Virus record (IMG/VR): IMGVR_UViG_3300044655_001596
Coordinates: 1 to 64,000 of that record
Reading direction: 5' to 3' (one strand)
Source of the DNA: a virus
Length of the DNA: 64,000 bases
Below are positions 1 through 10,079 of this stretch, piece by piece. Under the pieces are notes generated by a model. That model had not been told where the DNA came from and did not search any database. It worked only from the letters and a program-made list of their open reading frames with translations. Position 1 is the first letter of the stretch. Each line of letters opens with the position of its first letter. The translations under genes and the position numbers were made by a program.

Positions 1-202
1 ACCCAGAATGGCGGCGTGTATCTCTATTATTCGCCCGGGCAAGGCACACTTACAAACACGACTCTGGCCAGAAGTATTTGCTAGTGTATGGGACGGAGAC
101 GAATCAAAGGGCTACACATTTAAGAAAAGCCACGCAGTTTCCTACGCGGCCCTGGTAGCACTACACATGAACTTGCTTAATCAATCCGACGCACCAGCGT
201 AA
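1..202 (+). CDS. C-terminal part of a short DnaE (DNA Pol III alpha)-like protein, 5' truncated by the window
   Basis: IIRPGK and GYTFKKSHAVSYA resemble the DnaE motifs (L/I)xRPG and GYGFNKSHAxxY. Confidence 0.7.
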   Translation, partial: PRMAACISIIRPGKAHLQTRLWPEVFASVWDGDESKGYTFKKSHAVSYAALVALHMNLLNQSDAPA

Positions 203-554
203 TTGACTTTCTCTTGCCTTTTCTGCGCACTATGTCCAGCAAACTGCAAGTAGGCCCGTGCAAGATTTCTAAGTCTTTGTTGACAAAAGTACGAAGAGTA
301 GGACGGAATTGTTCCCAATCTCTGCGTAGAAATATGTTTATAGGTATGCTACGATTGCTTTCCCACCACCAGGTGCTGGCAAGTTCTAAGAACAGCACCT
401 TATCTTCCTGTGTTTGTACAGCACCAAAGTCGTAGATAGTGGTGACAACGTCGTCTCTGTTTTGTACCACACCTACATATTCCACATTTGCGTACAAGCA
501 CAATGTGATAAAGGGATACTTCTCCGTTAGCTTTTCAAAAATATTATTACCCAT
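177..554 (-). CDS. hypothetical phage protein
   Basis: 125 aa ORF, divergent from the structural gene at 576. Confidence 0.7.
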   Translation of the reverse strand: MGNNIFEKLTEKYPFITLCLYANVEYVGVVQNRDDVVTTIYDFGAVQTQEDKVLFLELASTWWWESNRSIPINIFLRRDWEQFRPTLRTFVNKDLEILHGPTCSLLDIVRRKGKRKSITLVRRID

Positions 555-575
555 AAATACTGTTTCGAGGATCCT

Positions 576-1646
576 ATGTATTCAACCACCGTTTACTTAT
601 ACCAACAAATCGTCCGGGTACTTTTGATAGACACCAGTGGCGGATACTTTACAGCGAGGTACGACCCAGTGTATGCAAAACAACTAACAATCAACAAGGG
701 AGTAGACAATGTTTTACTCTTTGAATTTATCAATCAAGATGAGAAACCCGTAAACATTGCAGGCAGCACATTTGTGTTCCGTGTGGTGAATCAGGCAGGC
801 GACGAACTGTTGATTACCAAGGACATGGAAATCTTGAGCTCTGCTCTGGGCCGTGTCAAGGTAGTTCTCAACACAGAAGATACTATCAATATCATGGCAC
901 AACCGGCCAGTTACAGCATACAACGCTCAGCAGGAAACTATGTACAAGCCGCTTATGTAGATGCCAACTCACAGGCCCGAGCAGATTGCAACATTGTTGA
1001 CTCAATCCTGCCACAGTTTGTACCCAGCGCAGAATGCACAGTTCCGGACATGTATGGTAAAAATAACTTTGTGGGCACCGCTCCTACACAATTTCCTGAC
1101 TGGGCACTTACACCACAACCGCAAAATTCAATTCAAATGACTGAATTTTATTCTAGCTTCATACCAACCAATGGGTCTAGTTTTACCACAGTCAAGTTTG
1201 ATCTTGTGGGCTACACAGGCACAGTCAAAATACAAGCTGCACAAAATTATGAATCCGTTTGGTACAATGTAAGTGAAACTCGTGAGTATTCTGGTGCAAC
1301 AGTAAGTGACTATTTTAACATTGTCGGGTTCCATCCCTTGTTACGTTTGGCTCTAAACAACTCAGTGGGCTATGGTGCCAGCGGTAATGTCCAAGTAACT
1401 GACGGTGTGGTCACAGGAATCAGTATCACCAACGCCGGATACAACTATGTTGGACCACCGTACATTCAAATTTTGGGCAACGGCTCGGGCGCCGAAGCAG
1501 TTTGTACTATCAGTGATGCAGGAGTAATTGCCGGAGTGACCATCCTTAACGGTGGTTCTGGGTACGTGCCACTACAATTCCAAGGTTCGATTGCCGCAAC
1601 TGCAATATTCACAAACGGCAAGATTGAAAACGTTCAATATCGTTGA
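576..1646 (+). CDS. putative virion structural protein (baseplate/tail)
   Basis: 356 aa, beta-rich, IxNxGxGY-type repeats, TAAATA late-type promoter upstream. Confidence 0.6.
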   Translation: MYSTTVYLYQQIVRVLLIDTSGGYFTARYDPVYAKQLTINKGVDNVLLFEFINQDEKPVNIAGSTFVFRVVNQAGDELLITKDMEILSSALGRVKVVLNTEDTINIMAQPASYSIQRSAGNYVQAAYVDANSQARADCNIVDSILPQFVPSAECTVPDMYGKNNFVGTAPTQFPDWALTPQPQNSIQMTEFYSSFIPTNGSSFTTVKFDLVGYTGTVKIQAAQNYESVWYNVSETREYSGATVSDYFNIVGFHPLLRLALNNSVGYGASGNVQVTDGVVTGISITNAGYNYVGPPYIQILGNGSGAEAVCTISDAGVIAGVTILNGGSGYVPLQFQGSIAATAIFTNGKIENVQYR

Positions 1647-1671
1647 TCTAGTGCGATAAATCTGTTATAAT
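1643..1671 (+). promoter_or_regulatory. sigma70-type promoter for primase (probably leaderless)
   Basis: TTGATC-N17-TATAAT, ATG 6 nt downstream. Confidence 0.6.
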
Positions 1672-1677
1672 CAACAG

Positions 1678-2664
1678 ATGCTAGACATCCTTGCTTACCT
1701 ACCTGCAAAAAGAAAACCCAGTCCACAGGGCTGGCTGAGTTTCAATGCAGTATGTTGCACTCATAATGGTAACAGCGCAGACAAGCGTGGGCGTGGCGGT
1801 ATCAAAGCAACCGAATCGGGTTGGAGTTATCATTGCTTCAATTGCTCGTATACAGCCAGTTTTATTCTGGGACGCACAGTTAGTTTCAAAGCCCGAAGAT
1901 TACTAGGGTGGATGGGTGTGCCGGAAAATGAGATTGAAATGCTCAATCTTGAAAGTCTGCGGCATCGTAGCATACACGGTATATTAGAAGATCGACAACG
2001 AGTATTCAATGCGTTGAGTACTATTGAATTTGAAGATTCAGACGACTTTCCTCCGTTTTGCGAAGTGGTCACACCTGAGTTTCCTGCATACTGGGATTAC
2101 ATACGCCGACGCAGGGTGCCAGAAGACTTTCCCATAATGACATCTATCAAGACTGATGGCGTTCATTGGGTTAGGCCGTTTGTGTTGGTTCCATTCACAT
2201 ACGACAACCAGGTAGTAGGCTGGTGTGCTAGATTCTTGGATGACAAACAGCCCCGGTACATCAATCACTCACAACCGGGCTATGTGTTTGGAACAGACTT
2301 GCAACATGCCAATTGGCAACATGTGCTGGTAATGGAAGGCATATTTGATGCACTGTCAATCGGCGGGCTTGCACTAATGCACAATACTGTCAGCGATGCC
2401 CAAGCAAGATTGATTCGCAGTCTCGGACGTGAAGTAACTGTGGTACCAGATCAAGACACTGCAGGTGTGGAACTGATTGACCGTGCTTTGGAACTGGGAT
2501 GGGCAGTGAGCATACCTGAATGGCCTGCGGGTTGCAAAGATGTCAACGACGCCGTGATAAAACTAGGCCGACTAGGGGCCTTGCTAACTATTATGGCCGC
2601 AAGAGAAACCAGTCGAATCAAAATAGAGATAAGGAAACGACAACTTGTCAAAAGAATACAATAG
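1678..2664 (+). CDS. DNA primase (T4 gp61-like)
   Basis: N-terminal Zn finger (CC..H..CFNC), TOPRIM motifs EGIFD, PDQD, KDVND. Confidence 0.9.
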   Translation: MLDILAYLPAKRKPSPQGWLSFNAVCCTHNGNSADKRGRGGIKATESGWSYHCFNCSYTASFILGRTVSFKARRLLGWMGVPENEIEMLNLESLRHRSIHGILEDRQRVFNALSTIEFEDSDDFPPFCEVVTPEFPAYWDYIRRRRVPEDFPIMTSIKTDGVHWVRPFVLVPFTYDNQVVGWCARFLDDKQPRYINHSQPGYVFGTDLQHANWQHVLVMEGIFDALSIGGLALMHNTVSDAQARLIRSLGREVTVVPDQDTAGVELIDRALELGWAVSIPEWPAGCKDVNDAVIKLGRLGALLTIMAARETSRIKIEIRKRQLVKRIQ

Positions 2665-3358
2665 GCTTTGGGTGTTTGGCGACAGTTACAGTACACCAGA
2701 TGTTTGCGTTTCTCCACAAGAAAGTTTTTGGGGGTTAACTGCTTCTGCATTGGGAGTTGACACGGTGATTAACTGCAGCAGATCTAAGATAAGTTTTGAC
2801 AGTGTGTGTCAAATGCTAATAGGTGAACAGCAAAGATACAACTTTGATCAAGACTTTTTTGTCATTGGTCTGCCGCCTTTGGAAAGGATCACTGTATTTG
2901 ACGATTACAAAGACACCGCACTGGTAAGTTCTGTATTTGATACAAAAACGTGGCGAGCACAACCCAGTAATGTCGCAAGCCATCATGGATTGGTAAATTT
3001 ACAGTACAAGGAACTTGATCGATTGTCAGTGTTGATCAGTGATCGTAGTTGGATTGAAACCCAAGTTTTGCGACAGATATTTTTAATAACCAAGTGGTTG
3101 GATTCCTGCAACGCTAACTACATTGTTGTAAATCTCAGTAAAAATTTAGATCCAAACAATCACTGGGGACCAAGTCAATACATACTAGATTATTGTGTAG
3201 CTCACAACAGATGTAAAATATTTGATGGCTCCATGTATGATGTTAACTTGAACATCAACCGGCCAGCAGATTATGACAATTTTGGATGGCACGGGCATCA
3301 CGGACCTGCCGGCAACCGACATTTTTTTGAAACAAGCATAAAGGACAAACTTTGTTAA
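2645..3358 (+). CDS. SGNH/GDSL hydrolase-like protein
   Basis: N-terminal VFGDSY, C-terminal GHHGPAGN; AT-rich, sits between primase and helicase. Confidence 0.55.
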   Translation: MSKEYNRLWVFGDSYSTPDVCVSPQESFWGLTASALGVDTVINCSRSKISFDSVCQMLIGEQQRYNFDQDFFVIGLPPLERITVFDDYKDTALVSSVFDTKTWRAQPSNVASHHGLVNLQYKELDRLSVLISDRSWIETQVLRQIFLITKWLDSCNANYIVVNLSKNLDPNNHWGPSQYILDYCVAHNRCKIFDGSMYDVNLNINRPADYDNFGWHGHHGPAGNRHFFETSIKDKLC

Positions 3359-4809
3359 AAGAATACGGACTTGATGTCCAAAGACTATTTCTAGAGATGA
3401 TGTTGGAAGACGCAACAAGTTATGTGCGTGTTCAAAACATCTACAACCCACAAAACTTTGACAAGAGTTTGAGATCAGCGGCTGAGTTTATCAAAGAACA
3501 TTCAGACAAACACAAGACCATGCCTGACAGGCAACAGATTTCAGCAACCACTGGGGTTAAACTTGCACCAGTGCCGGACTTGAACGAAGGTCACTTTGAC
3601 TGGTTCATGGGCGAGTTTGAAGCATTTACCCGACGTCAAGAACTTGAACGTGCTATTTTGAAGTCAGCAGACTTGCTGGAGAAAGGCGAATTTGAACCCG
3701 TTGAAAAACTCATCAAAGATGCAGTACAGATATCACTCACTAAAGACATGGGCACGGATTACTTTGCTGATCCTAAAGCTCGCATTGAGAAATACTTTAA
3801 CTCGGGCGGGCAAGTAAGCACAGGATGGCCACAACTGGATAGATTGTTGTATGGTGGATTCAGTCGTGGTGAACTCAACATCTTTGCAGGTGGCTCTGGT
3901 TCGGGTAAGTCACTTGTGATGATGAACATTGCGCTAAACTGGCTACAACAAGGATTATCAGGTGTGTACATTACACTTGAACTATCAGAAGAACTCACAA
4001 GTTTGCGAACAGATGCCATGTTAACCAACATGAGCACCAAAGACATCCGCCGTGACATGGACACAACTGAACTCAAGGTCAAACTGGTGGCCAAGAAGTC
4101 TGGCAACTATCAAGTGAAAGGTTTGCCAGCACAGAGCAACATCAATGACATTCGTGCTTACTTGAAAGAGTATCAAATTCAAACAGGCAAGAAAGTGGAC
4201 TTTGTGATGATTGACTACTTGGACTTGCTGATGCCTGTTAGTGCCAAGGTGTCACCCAATGACTTGTTTGTGAAAGACAAGTATGTGAGTGAAGAACTAC
4301 GCAACTTGGCCAAAGAACTGGCAGTGCTAATGGTCACTGCAAGCCAGTTGAATCGTAGTGCGGTTGAAGAAATTGAATTTGACCACTCGCATATTTCGGG
4401 TGGTATTTCAAAGATCAACACAGCTGACAATGTGTTTGGTATCTTTACTTCACGTGCTATGAAAGAGCGTGGCAAGTATCAAATTCAATGTATGAAGAGT
4501 CGTAGTTCGACAGGGGTTGGGCAAAAGATTGATCTGGAATACAACATTGAAACCATGCGAATTACTGACGAAGGTGGGGATGAAGGAACTGGATACAATA
4601 GACCCCAAAGCAGTATCATGGACTCAATCAAAGCTCGAAGTCAAGTCAAGGCTGCTGATACCGGAGAGTCAAGTGACTCATCTCCACCATGGGAACGAGC
4701 TACAGGAACTCCTGCCTGGGAAAAACCACCACAAGAAACAGGCAAAGTCACAGCAGATGTTCAAAGTGCAAAACTAAAACAACTGCTGGGGCAGATTAAA
4801 TCTAATTAA
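3352..4809 (+). CDS. replicative DnaB-like helicase (T4 gp41-like)
   Basis: Walker A GGSGSGKS, IDYLDL, TASQLNR. Confidence 0.92.
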   Translation: MLKEYGLDVQRLFLEMMLEDATSYVRVQNIYNPQNFDKSLRSAAEFIKEHSDKHKTMPDRQQISATTGVKLAPVPDLNEGHFDWFMGEFEAFTRRQELERAILKSADLLEKGEFEPVEKLIKDAVQISLTKDMGTDYFADPKARIEKYFNSGGQVSTGWPQLDRLLYGGFSRGELNIFAGGSGSGKSLVMMNIALNWLQQGLSGVYITLELSEELTSLRTDAMLTNMSTKDIRRDMDTTELKVKLVAKKSGNYQVKGLPAQSNINDIRAYLKEYQIQTGKKVDFVMIDYLDLLMPVSAKVSPNDLFVKDKYVSEELRNLAKELAVLMVTASQLNRSAVEEIEFDHSHISGGISKINTADNVFGIFTSRAMKERGKYQIQCMKSRSSTGVGQKIDLEYNIETMRITDEGGDEGTGYNRPQSSIMDSIKARSQVKAADTGESSDSSPPWERATGTPAWEKPPQETGKVTADVQSAKLKQLLGQIKSN

Positions 4810-5729
4810 GAAATAGCACCCTTAATCACAGCATAACGCAACACAATGGCTTCACCAAGCGAACCACTGGTTGCATTGCGAACATAAACTGTAGCCGAGC
4901 CTGAACCACAAGCGGCAGTAAAGGTATAAGAACCAATAGTGCCGCCGCTCACATGATTGATTACCAACAGATCAGTCGATGAGATTGTGCTGTTTGTAAA
5001 AGTAAAACTCACAATGGTGGCGGCTGCCAAGGACGCATTGTTCATGGTAATTTGCCCACTGGGTTTGTTTAATGTAACACCTGTGGCTTTGTTAGTGTCC
5101 TGTGTCACAGTACCACCACCTCCTGCAATATATCCGAATGGGTTGGTGTAAGCTGTAAGTGGTCTATTTAAATCGTAAATGGTAATAGTGGTACCATAAT
5201 TTACAGAGCTGAATGAGAACTGATATGTACCAGTTGCGGCAAATGTAATAACACCTGCAGAGTATCCTTGGATACCTGTAGTACCTAGTGTTACTGCGGC
5301 AGGCAAGGTCAAGGTATGTGCTGTGCTGGTTACGTTTACAGCAATTTGAATAACTCCAGCAGTACCACTCACTGGCCAGTTTTCAAAATTTAAACTGATA
5401 GACCCTGTGGTTGAAATGTATTGATATGGACCAGCACTATAGTCAATATTGATAGAACCAGCACTTGCTGTGTTTTGCACATAGGTATAACTGACGTCTT
5501 GTAATTTAACGGCGTATATTAAGTTATCCGCCATGTTGTTGTCTAACGTGGTGCCACTCAATGCGGCTTTGAAAATACCGTTGTTTTGCAAGTCTGTGAT
5601 TTCAGTGCCAGCATAACTAAAATTGGTTTTGATGTTGGTAAAGTTGTCCCGGAACCCCTGTGTGTTGTTGGGTTGTCCGGCAACTGGGTATGTACCATCT
5701 ACGTTGTTTGGGTTAATTTGACTTGTCAT
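4806..5729 (-). CDS. putative virion structural / tail fibre-associated protein
   Basis: 307 aa, Thr/Gly/Ser rich, N-terminal NNTQGFRDNF, late-type TAAATA upstream on - strand. Confidence 0.6.
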   Translation of the reverse strand: MTSQINPNNVDGTYPVAGQPNNTQGFRDNFTNIKTNFSYAGTEITDLQNNGIFKAALSGTTLDNNMADNLIYAVKLQDVSYTYVQNTASAGSINIDYSAGPYQYISTTGSISLNFENWPVSGTAGVIQIAVNVTSTAHTLTLPAAVTLGTTGIQGYSAGVITFAATGTYQFSFSSVNYGTTITIYDLNRPLTAYTNPFGYIAGGGGTVTQDTNKATGVTLNKPSGQITMNNASLAAATIVSFTFTNSTISSTDLLVINHVSGGTIGSYTFTAACGSGSATVYVRNATSGSLGEAIVLRYAVIKGAIS

Positions 5730-5798
5730 GGAGATTCCTGTATAATAGATATTTATTAGAATCTAAAAAGCACTAAATAATCCAAAGGCCTAGATCGA

Positions 5799-6047
5799 AT
5801 GCAGAAAAAGACCCGAAGTTTACTAGAAGAACTAGACTCGTTGTATGTAGAGCGTGATCGTCGCTTGATAATTGAAACTCGGGCTGACAGTATTATATCT
5901 AGTGCCATACGACTGATAGAACAGATCGAAGCAGAGTTTGGCGCAGAACAAGCTGACAATCTCACACGTAAATTGCTCAATGCAATACGTACCAAAGATG
6001 CTGGCAAGTTCTCGCGTTCAGTTAGGAGAACAAATGCAGATTCATGA
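5799..6047 (+). CDS. hypothetical protein (late)
   Basis: 82 aa, TAAATA at ~5774. Confidence 0.7.
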   Translation: MQKKTRSLLEELDSLYVERDRRLIIETRADSIISSAIRLIEQIEAEFGAEQADNLTRKLLNAIRTKDAGKFSRSVRRTNADS

Positions 6048-6933
6048 ATTAACACGACCACGCAAAATCAACGAAGCCAGTGTGGCTGGTGCCGTAGGAG
6101 GCGCAGGGGCCGTAGCCGGCGGTATAGCATCCGCCCTGGGCAAAAATTTAATGACTCAGGCGTTTGGCCAAGATGTAACACCGCAATACGGAGATACTCA
6201 AGATCGAGAGCAAGGCTTTAAAAGCATGGTCAACAGTTCAGCGGCCAAAACGCTGGCCACTACCATGCAGACTGCTTGGGCACAAACTGTGCAAAACTTC
6301 CTGGCCAATAGTAAAGATTCTATGGGCAACCCTCCCACCAGTGTTAAAGCAGTTACTTCACCCAGCATTGATGCGTTGAAAAATCAACTACGAGCATTGG
6401 TTAATAAAATGATTGATGGCCGAACCTCAAGTTTTGATTATAGTAATATGGCCAACAACATTGGTGACCCTGTTGCTAAGGCTGGAAGTCAAGAAATCAT
6501 TAGTAGAATCAATGAATATATAGAGTCTATTTTTGACGCCACAGTGCAGGGTGTTGATCCTAAAACAATGTCTAATAGTTGGCTCAAACTAGTAGGCGAC
6601 GGTATCTTGCCGGCGCAGAACGCAAGAGCCTATGATAGCAAATCTGGTAGTGTAATAACAATGTCCCCAGGCGCTACGAAATTGGCCGATTTGTTAAGGT
6701 TAGACGACGGGGATATAGTGAAGATTAGACAAACCATTAAAATCCCTGGCGGCGAGCAATATGCAAGAACAATTCTTGACAAGAGAACACCTGCAACAAT
6801 AGCTTCTCCCTTGATTAAACAATTTGGACAACAAACAAAATTAACTGATGCAGAGCTCACGTCAATGTTAGCTTTGGCACAAGATGCCGCAAATGATGCG
6901 TCTTTTAAAGAAATATTTGGATTACGAGCATAA
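6034..6933 (+). CDS. putative internal head protein
   Basis: Start reassigned to ATG 6034 (AGGAG upstream); MQIHEL..KINEA resembles I/L-x-E prohead protease sites. Confidence 0.55.
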   Translation: MQIHELTRPRKINEASVAGAVGGAGAVAGGIASALGKNLMTQAFGQDVTPQYGDTQDREQGFKSMVNSSAAKTLATTMQTAWAQTVQNFLANSKDSMGNPPTSVKAVTSPSIDALKNQLRALVNKMIDGRTSSFDYSNMANNIGDPVAKAGSQEIISRINEYIESIFDATVQGVDPKTMSNSWLKLVGDGILPAQNARAYDSKSGSVITMSPGATKLADLLRLDDGDIVKIRQTIKIPGGEQYARTILDKRTPATIASPLIKQFGQQTKLTDAELTSMLALAQDAANDASFKEIFGLRA

Positions 6934-8834
6934 TGTATCTCAACGAAGGTGGCAATGTTTTTAAAGATGCACAAGGCCAGCCACTAACACAACGCATCAA
7001 ACAAGCAGACATACCCAGCACAGTGGCTTGGTTAGAAGCAGTCACAGGCCTTGATTTATCACATGATAAAGATGAAAACGGTATCCCCGTCAAGTGGCTG
7101 GGGTCAACAGGCAAGAAGCCTGATTCGGGTGATCTAGACCTTGCTGTGGATGCCAACGAAATAACCAAGGCTGAACTCAAGGGCATACTGGATGCCTGGG
7201 CCATAAAAAACAAACAAGATCCCAAGGAATGGTGCAGACTGTCAGGCGAAGCAGTGCATTTTAAAACACCCATACAAGGCGACCCCAAGCGTGGTTATGT
7301 GCAAACAGACTTCATGTTCATGCCCAATTTAGAATGGGGCACATTCTGGCTAGGCGGTGGTGCAGGATCAGCCTACAAAGGTGTGTTTCGCAACGTCTTG
7401 ATGTCAAGCATTGCCAAAGCACTGGGACTCAAAGCCTCGGCCAAGGGTATCATCAGTCGTCAGACTGAAAAAGTAATCACAATGGATCCAGATCAAGCCG
7501 CTGGCATATTGCTGGCGCCACAGTACAAACGTAGTCAGCTAATGACCGTGGAAAACATTTACAAAGCCTTGGCCATGGACCCTGATCGTGATGCCAAACT
7601 AGCAGACTTCCGTGAATATCTCTCACGTGAAGGTGTAAAGGAACCTGAAACAGGCATGGCAGAAAGTGACGTTAACTTCCTGGCACGTCTACGTGATAGA
7701 ATTGTAAATCGTGGTTATGTTGCTCTTGTGGAAGCTGAACAGGCCGGTGTGGGCGGCCGAGCCAAGGGTATTGAACACCTGGAAGATCTTGTGTTCCGTC
7801 GTGGCACACAAGGTATCCGAGACGCACTAGAAATTGTCAGTCATGCTACTCAGCAACCTCGAACAGTCACAGCCAAGTGGGACGGCAAACCTGCTGTGAT
7901 ATTTGGACGCAAGCCTGCCACAGGCGAGTTTGTGTTGACTGATGGATCGGGATTTGAAGCCAAAGGCTACGACGGCCTTGCTACCAGTCCCCAAATGATG
8001 GCTGACATACAGAGCAAAAGATCCGGGGACAGAACTGAATTGATTCAATTGTATGCCACATTGTTTCCTGTATTAGAAGCCGCATTGCCCCCAAACTTCC
8101 GTGGCTATGTCAAAGGCGATTTGTTGTACATGTCAACCCCGCCTGTTGAAGCAGGCAACTATGTGTTCCGTCCCAACACCGTGGAATACCGAATCCCAGT
8201 CAAGAGCACACTGGGACAACGCATTGGCAACAGCAACATTGGCATTGCCATACACTCGATGTATGCGGATGTGGGTGAGCCACGTCAGCCCTTGAGTGGT
8301 GTGGCCTTTAATCCAGTCCCTGGACTAATGTTGGAAAAGCCAGCTAGCCCTCGTCAACTTGAAACTGAAACCAACGCTGAAAAACAACTCAAACAGTTGA
8401 TCAAGTCTCAGGGCCAGGCAATTGACACCTTGTTCAACCCCACAGAATTGCGGGCACACAAGATCACAGACCTGGCAAAACTGTGCGTGGACTTTATCAA
8501 CACCAAAGTGGGCGCACCACTCAACGGTGCTACACTACTGCCTGAGTTTGGCAAGTGGTTGGAAACAAAAGTCACTCCGCAAAAGTTCCGCAACATTGTG
8601 GAATACTTGAACAGCCCCACGTCAAATACTCCTGCACTTGCCGCAGCATTCAACGCATTTAACTTGTTGCATGATGTCAAAATGCACCTGCTACGCCAAG
8701 CAGACACAGAGCATCCTGGGCAAGAAGGCTGGGTTATGGCTACCCCTGTGGGATATGCAAAAGCGGTAAATAGATTTGATCCCAATGCATTTGCGGCTCA
8801 AAATAGACAGAGAAACAATCCGCAACAGGCGTGA
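6933..8834 (+). CDS. fusion of Pol-beta-family nucleotidyltransferase and ATP-dependent ligase-like (DUF6267-like) domain, probably head-packaged
   Basis: LGSTG..DSGDLDL and VQTDF; HLEDL, TAKWDG (KxDG), GDLLY, QEGWV, KAVNR; N-terminal LNE. Confidence 0.65.
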   Translation: MYLNEGGNVFKDAQGQPLTQRIKQADIPSTVAWLEAVTGLDLSHDKDENGIPVKWLGSTGKKPDSGDLDLAVDANEITKAELKGILDAWAIKNKQDPKEWCRLSGEAVHFKTPIQGDPKRGYVQTDFMFMPNLEWGTFWLGGGAGSAYKGVFRNVLMSSIAKALGLKASAKGIISRQTEKVITMDPDQAAGILLAPQYKRSQLMTVENIYKALAMDPDRDAKLADFREYLSREGVKEPETGMAESDVNFLARLRDRIVNRGYVALVEAEQAGVGGRAKGIEHLEDLVFRRGTQGIRDALEIVSHATQQPRTVTAKWDGKPAVIFGRKPATGEFVLTDGSGFEAKGYDGLATSPQMMADIQSKRSGDRTELIQLYATLFPVLEAALPPNFRGYVKGDLLYMSTPPVEAGNYVFRPNTVEYRIPVKSTLGQRIGNSNIGIAIHSMYADVGEPRQPLSGVAFNPVPGLMLEKPASPRQLETETNAEKQLKQLIKSQGQAIDTLFNPTELRAHKITDLAKLCVDFINTKVGAPLNGATLLPEFGKWLETKVTPQKFRNIVEYLNSPTSNTPALAAAFNAFNLLHDVKMHLLRQADTEHPGQEGWVMATPVGYAKAVNRFDPNAFAAQNRQRNNPQQA

Positions 8835-8898
8835 TTTTTCCAAACTGGCTAAATAAAAGCAGGGACTAAATGTCTCACTAACTTAAAGGAAATTTATC

Positions 8899-9306
8899 AT
8901 GGCAGTATTTACAAAAGTAAACGGAACTACACAACCAGTATTTGCACTGGACGTGGCAAACGGTTCCATCGCAGGAACAGCTAACGTAGCAGCTCAAGGT
9001 CCAGTTCAGATCCAAGGTCCAAAACTTGACTTCTTCACTTTGACAGCTAACGCCGCGTTGACAAACGCTGGTAACGTTAACGGTTACTTGAACAACGTTT
9101 TGACAGCAGTTCAACAACTTGGTACAATCGCAATTTACCAAGCTGGTGCCGCAGCTGGCACAATCAACTTGGCTATCTATCCAAGTGGTGCTTACACTAC
9201 AACAACATTGGTTGCGGCCGCTCAAACAGCCAACGCCACTGGCGGCTTGAACATTGGTATCCCAACTGCCAACGTTGCTGCATCAGCTACATTCACTAAC
9301 CTGTAA
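8899..9306 (+). CDS. abundant small virion protein (decoration-like)
   Basis: Late promoter, AAGGA RBS, highly biased codons, Ala/Thr/Gly rich, own terminator. Confidence 0.55.
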   Translation: MAVFTKVNGTTQPVFALDVANGSIAGTANVAAQGPVQIQGPKLDFFTLTANAALTNAGNVNGYLNNVLTAVQQLGTIAIYQAGAAAGTINLAIYPSGAYTTTTLVAAAQTANATGGLNIGIPTANVAASATFTNL

Positions 9307-9327
9307 TCAGTTTAGTTGACCACGCTG

Positions 9328-9360
9328 ACCCTGGGATTAAAAACTCCAGGGTTTCTTTTT
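9328..9360 (+). terminator. Rho-independent terminator
   Basis: ACCCTGG..CCAGGGT stem followed by T-rich tail. Confidence 0.75.
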
Positions 9361-9379
9361 GGCATTAAATACTCACAGA

Positions 9380-9811
9380 ATGAAGATCACATGCCGTACC
9401 CTTTTTGATTGCAGTCTTACCGGTGTAACCGGACACTACAGATCAAGCGAGATTCCTTTTGTGGACCGTGCCGGGCAGACTGTACACAATCAACATGACT
9501 GGAACCATTCGCGCAATCAGCAACGCAATTGGGAAACCTTGTTACAGATCATAAGTCTTAGAACCCAGCCCATTGACCTCACTGTGCCCGAGAAAAAAGA
9601 CACAGCATGGGAGTTTGAGTTTAGATCTGAATCAGAAGGTGTGTTTGAAATGCACGACAACCCAGACCCATTAGCTGGACTCAAACAAGATTGTGAAGGA
9701 GTTCCAATGATGTTGAATTTAACCGAAAAACCCCGCCTGGCGCCCACGATCAGCACGTCGGGCGACAATCAAAATATTTGGTTCTCTACGGTAAATAATG
9801 CATTGGAATAA
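9380..9811 (+). CDS. hypothetical protein
   Basis: ATG 9380 just after TAAATA 9366. Confidence 0.7.
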   Translation: MKITCRTLFDCSLTGVTGHYRSSEIPFVDRAGQTVHNQHDWNHSRNQQRNWETLLQIISLRTQPIDLTVPEKKDTAWEFEFRSESEGVFEMHDNPDPLAGLKQDCEGVPMMLNLTEKPRLAPTISTSGDNQNIWFSTVNNALE

Positions 9812-9815
9812 CAAA

Positions 9816-10079
9816 ATGGCTGACACCACTGACATTGAAAAGAAGAGTCTTGAAGCACACGTTGAGTTATGCGCTCAGCGGTACACAGCTTTAGAACAAC
9901 GCATTGACGATGTCAAAGCAGACACCGCAGAATTAAAAACCACCATCCAGGCTGTTCATGCCATGGTGCATAAAATGAGTGACAATCGTAACACACAGTT
10001 GATTGGATGGGGAGTGGGAATCATTGGATTCTTGACAGCCGTCATAGGATACTTGGTTACTCACTACGTATTAAAATGA
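9816..10079 (+). CDS. coiled-coil protein with C-terminal TM helix (holin/XhlA-like possible)
   Basis: Heptad region followed by hydrophobic IGWGVGIIGFLTAVIGYLV. Confidence 0.5.
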   Translation: MADTTDIEKKSLEAHVELCAQRYTALEQRIDDVKADTAELKTTIQAVHAMVHKMSDNRNTQLIGWGVGIIGFLTAVIGYLVTHYVLK

